Assembly: GCA_001643675.2 (NCBI GenBank)
Contig: LSRY02000005.1
Coordinates: 1,984,001-2,048,000 of the forward strand
DNA from: Monocercomonoides exilis PA203
Taxonomy: Eukaryota; Protista; Preaxostyla
Length of the DNA: 64,000 nt
Reading direction: 5' to 3'
This document shows, one piece after another, positions 60,943-64,000 of the stretch. The position numbers and the translations under genes were made by a program. How positions within the stretch are numbered: the stretch's first letter is position 1; every line of letters starts with the position of its first letter. The notes under the pieces are model-generated. The model was not told where the DNA came from, did not search any database, and was given only the letters and a program-made list of their open reading frames with translations.

Positions 60943-63900
60943 ATGATACATATTTGCATTGTATTGCATATCCTTTTAGCTATACAATGCAGCGTAATTG
61001 TTGGAACTTTGGATGGAATGATTCATTCCCTTGATGAAGCAAATGGCCATACGGAGTGGACGTTTGATACAGGTGGTCCACTCGTTCATGTTGAAGGCGA
61101 TCACTCTCTTCAAGTTAATGAAAATGGAGAATTCTTTATGATTGGGAATAATGGAAAAGTCACTGTATGTTACTTTATTTTTGAATATTGTAAAAAATAA
61201 TTTTATACAAATTTTGATTTTTGCAATTTTTATTTTTTATACCGATATTTTGCAAATTAGAAATTGCCATATGCTTTAGATGATTTTATAGCAGCTTGTC
61301 CATTTGTACAAAATGGAATATTGTATGAAATAACATCAAAGACAACCAGGTGGTATTTGAATGAGAGAACTGGAGAAACAATGAAAATAAGTACAAATTG
61401 CCATTCGAAAGACAACGAAAAGGACGGGAAAGCATCCGCATCAACAGCGGAACAATTGGAAACAATGTTTTTATATCCTTCTTCAACCGATATTCAAGCA
61501 AATACAAAAATTCAACAGGGTGTACATGTTGGAAGAGTTACATACACGTTAACTGCGACTCATTTATCAACAGATTTTATACAGTTTGCTTTTAATATTT
61601 ATTATTTTTTCAGCAATAATTTTAATGTTACAACAAAAATTTTTTCAGATGGAGTGCTTCAGTTAGCGAATTCATTGGAACGTATCATTCTCCAAAAGAT
61701 GCTAAGAAAACAGCACATATAACTAGGAAATCAATGACAAAGCCTTGCATGCCTTCATCAAATATTAGGAATGATAAAATGAATAAAAAAAGTACTGAGC
61801 CTGTGTTAGAGCTTCAGAACACAACCATCGAGACAGAAGTGATTATTGAGGAATTTCCGACAACATTGCTAACGTTCAATGGAACGGTTGTGTATCGCAA
61901 TGTGATCGTCAACACAACACATGTTACGAAAAATGTGACGTCTTTGCCTGGTTGTGTTGTTGATCCATCTTTGCCCTCTTCTTCCACTTTTATTTCATCA
62001 ACATCGCAAACATCTGTGGAGGATTCTTCATTCGACAAGAACGCTTCTTCTTCCCCCTCTTCTTCTTCTTCGTTCTCATCTTCGTCTTCGTCTTCCTCCT
62101 CTTCCTCTTCCTCCTCCTCCTCGTCTGCTGATCCACCGGTTGTTGCACTTCTGTTGAAGCCCAACACGACAGTGCGTACCAGCCAGCATGTGATTGAATG
62201 GAGCTGTTTTCTGCCCTCTCCGGCTGTTCCATCACATTCCATCAGCGCTCAGCTCGGAAAGAAATCAGCACATTACATGGCACTCACACGCGAAGCAGCA
62301 AATGCTAAGCACAAAAAGACACAGAAGAGCAAGAAAGGAGTGGCTGATCCATTCGAAGTGTTCCCTTTCTATCAGCTGTCTTCTGATGCCACTCCACAAA
62401 ATGAGCAGCACATTCCCATTCTCATCACAGCCACCCCCAAAACAGAGGGTGAGCACGACAGGCTGTTCACTCTGCAGAAAGAGGCAGTCCCCAACAAAGA
62501 AGACGACTACTTGATTCATCTGGCTGTTCTGCCGTCTTTCTTTTCTGTTTCGTCGCCGGCAGCATTCTGCTCATCGAATGGATACACACACAACGTAGAT
62601 GAAACACTCATTGCTCAGGCAATTGCAGCAAGCACTCCACAAACATCTTCCACTTCACAAACAGCTCCTGCTGCTCTGGCAAGCTCTTCTTCTTCTTCTT
62701 CTTTATCGTCATCATCATCAACGTCATCATCTTCTTCTTCCATATCTTTATCACAATCTTCATCCTCTTCATCATCTTCTTCTTCTCCATTGTCATCTCA
62801 ATCGTCCTCATCTTCCTCTTTATCCTCATCTTCTTCTACTCGCACCACACTCATTCCATCATCAGACACACATTCATCTATTCTTCCCTTCTCTCCTTCA
62901 ACTGAACACCCAACTGCCTCCTCTTTCAACCAGAGAGACTCTTCTTCTTCTCCTTCTGTCACATCGTCTTCTCCTTCTTCTATCTCTTCTCCTTCTTCTC
63001 CTTCCTCTTCCTCCTCTTCCTCCTCCTCCTCCTCATCATCATCATCATCCAAACAATCGTCTTCTTCTTCTCTTCTTTCTCTCACATCCATTGCACCTCC
63101 ACCTGCCACCTCATCTCACACAATCTGCCTTCCTATTTTTAACAGCAAAAACAAACATTTTTCATTGAATAATCCAATTTTTGATTCAAATGATACAGCA
63201 TCAAGTGTTTCTTCATCGTCTTCACCATCATCTTCTTCTTCTTTTGGTAGACAGAACTCAAACACTTCTTCTTTCTTTGCAGCAGATGAGCTTATTCCGG
63301 ATGAATCACTTACAATTCATCAGCATCTTCCACAAGATTTTATTGACATTCTTCATTTGAAGTCTTCATCATCATCTTCTTCTTCTTTATCTTCTTCTTC
63401 TTCTTCTTGTCCATATTCCTCTTCCTCCTCCTCTTCTTCTTCTTTCTCTTCCTATTCTTCTTCCTATCGTTCTGCTGTCATATCCATGCAGAGCATTCAG
63501 AGTGGTGTTCTCAAACGTTCCCTGTCATTTCGTCTCCTTTCGATGGGGCTGCCAACAGATGCCTTTTCTCCCTTCCACTCATTCGCCCCTTTCTCTTCTT
63601 CTCTCTCAAGCAAGCGAGAATATTCTGATCTGATGAAGAAAAGAGATATTCGTTCAGATGATGGTAAAGGAGATGGAAAAGGACAAAGCAGAGCATCTGA
63701 CTCAATGGCAGATGCAACTGAAGTGACATCAACAGAAGAACAAAGTGCGTTGGGTGAACAAGGAATTTCTTCGCATTCGTCTTCATCATCATCATCATCA
63801 TCTTCTTCTTCTTCTTCCTCCTCCTCCTCTGATACTTTGTCTCTCTCTGATGTCAAACCTTCTCCTTCTTCTCTTCTCCACCCGCAGAAAGAGCAGCAGA

Positions 63901-64000
63901 CAGGCAAAGATGCTCTTGCCCAGTCTCAGCTCTCCACTTTCATTGAACTCCCTCTGAACGACGAGAGCATCCGACTCCTCCAAACAGACAGGAAAGTGGC
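60943..64000 (+). CDS. IRE1/PERK-type ER luminal-domain protein, 5' part only (runs off the window)
   Basis: Signal peptide; GTLDGMIHSLDEANGHTEWTF, KLPYALDDFIAACPF..GILY, LNERTGE, VHVGRVTYTLTA and WSASVSEF match the IRE1/PERK luminal motifs. The last exon, from ~61649, appears open to the window end. No kinase or RNase domain is visible. Confidence 0.75.

Overview
Eukaryotic, AT-rich, intron-rich protist DNA in the standard genetic code (TAA, TAG and TGA all end spliced models). Short GT-AG introns, very long poly-Ser/poly-Glu insertions and two characteristic expanded families (the YHQEHHNLTRLAYQSAW family and giant beta-helix membrane proteins with a kinase-like tail) point to an oxymonad, most likely Monocercomonoides exilis; this is recognition, not a database result. 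About 14 genes are supported: a family hypothetical protein, a 5-exon PIWI-type Argonaute with an intact DEDH tetrad, CFAP298, importin-5, CENPJ/SAS-4, a 3488-aa PPP phosphatase, DDX24/MAK5, a cyclin-like protein, a saposin-like peptide, a RING-less copine/RGLG protein, an EEF1AKMT4-like methyltransferase, a 2600-aa receptor pseudokinase-like protein, a SWI3-like SWIRM protein and an ORP5/8-like OSBP, plus the 5' part of an IRE1/PERK-type sensor. The most notable observations are: (1) a diverged ~1.1-1.3 kb repeat directly upstream of both PIWI and the giant surface-protein gene, forming a long inverted repeat beside PIWI; (2) an unannotated structured ncRNA candidate near 35.1 kb, next to a probable Helitron relic; (3) a phosphatase domain split by ~1000 aa; (4) an OSBP with charge-reversed PI4P-binding residues; (5) a saposin-like peptide with an acidic Tyr-rich propeptide. 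All exon models were read by eye.
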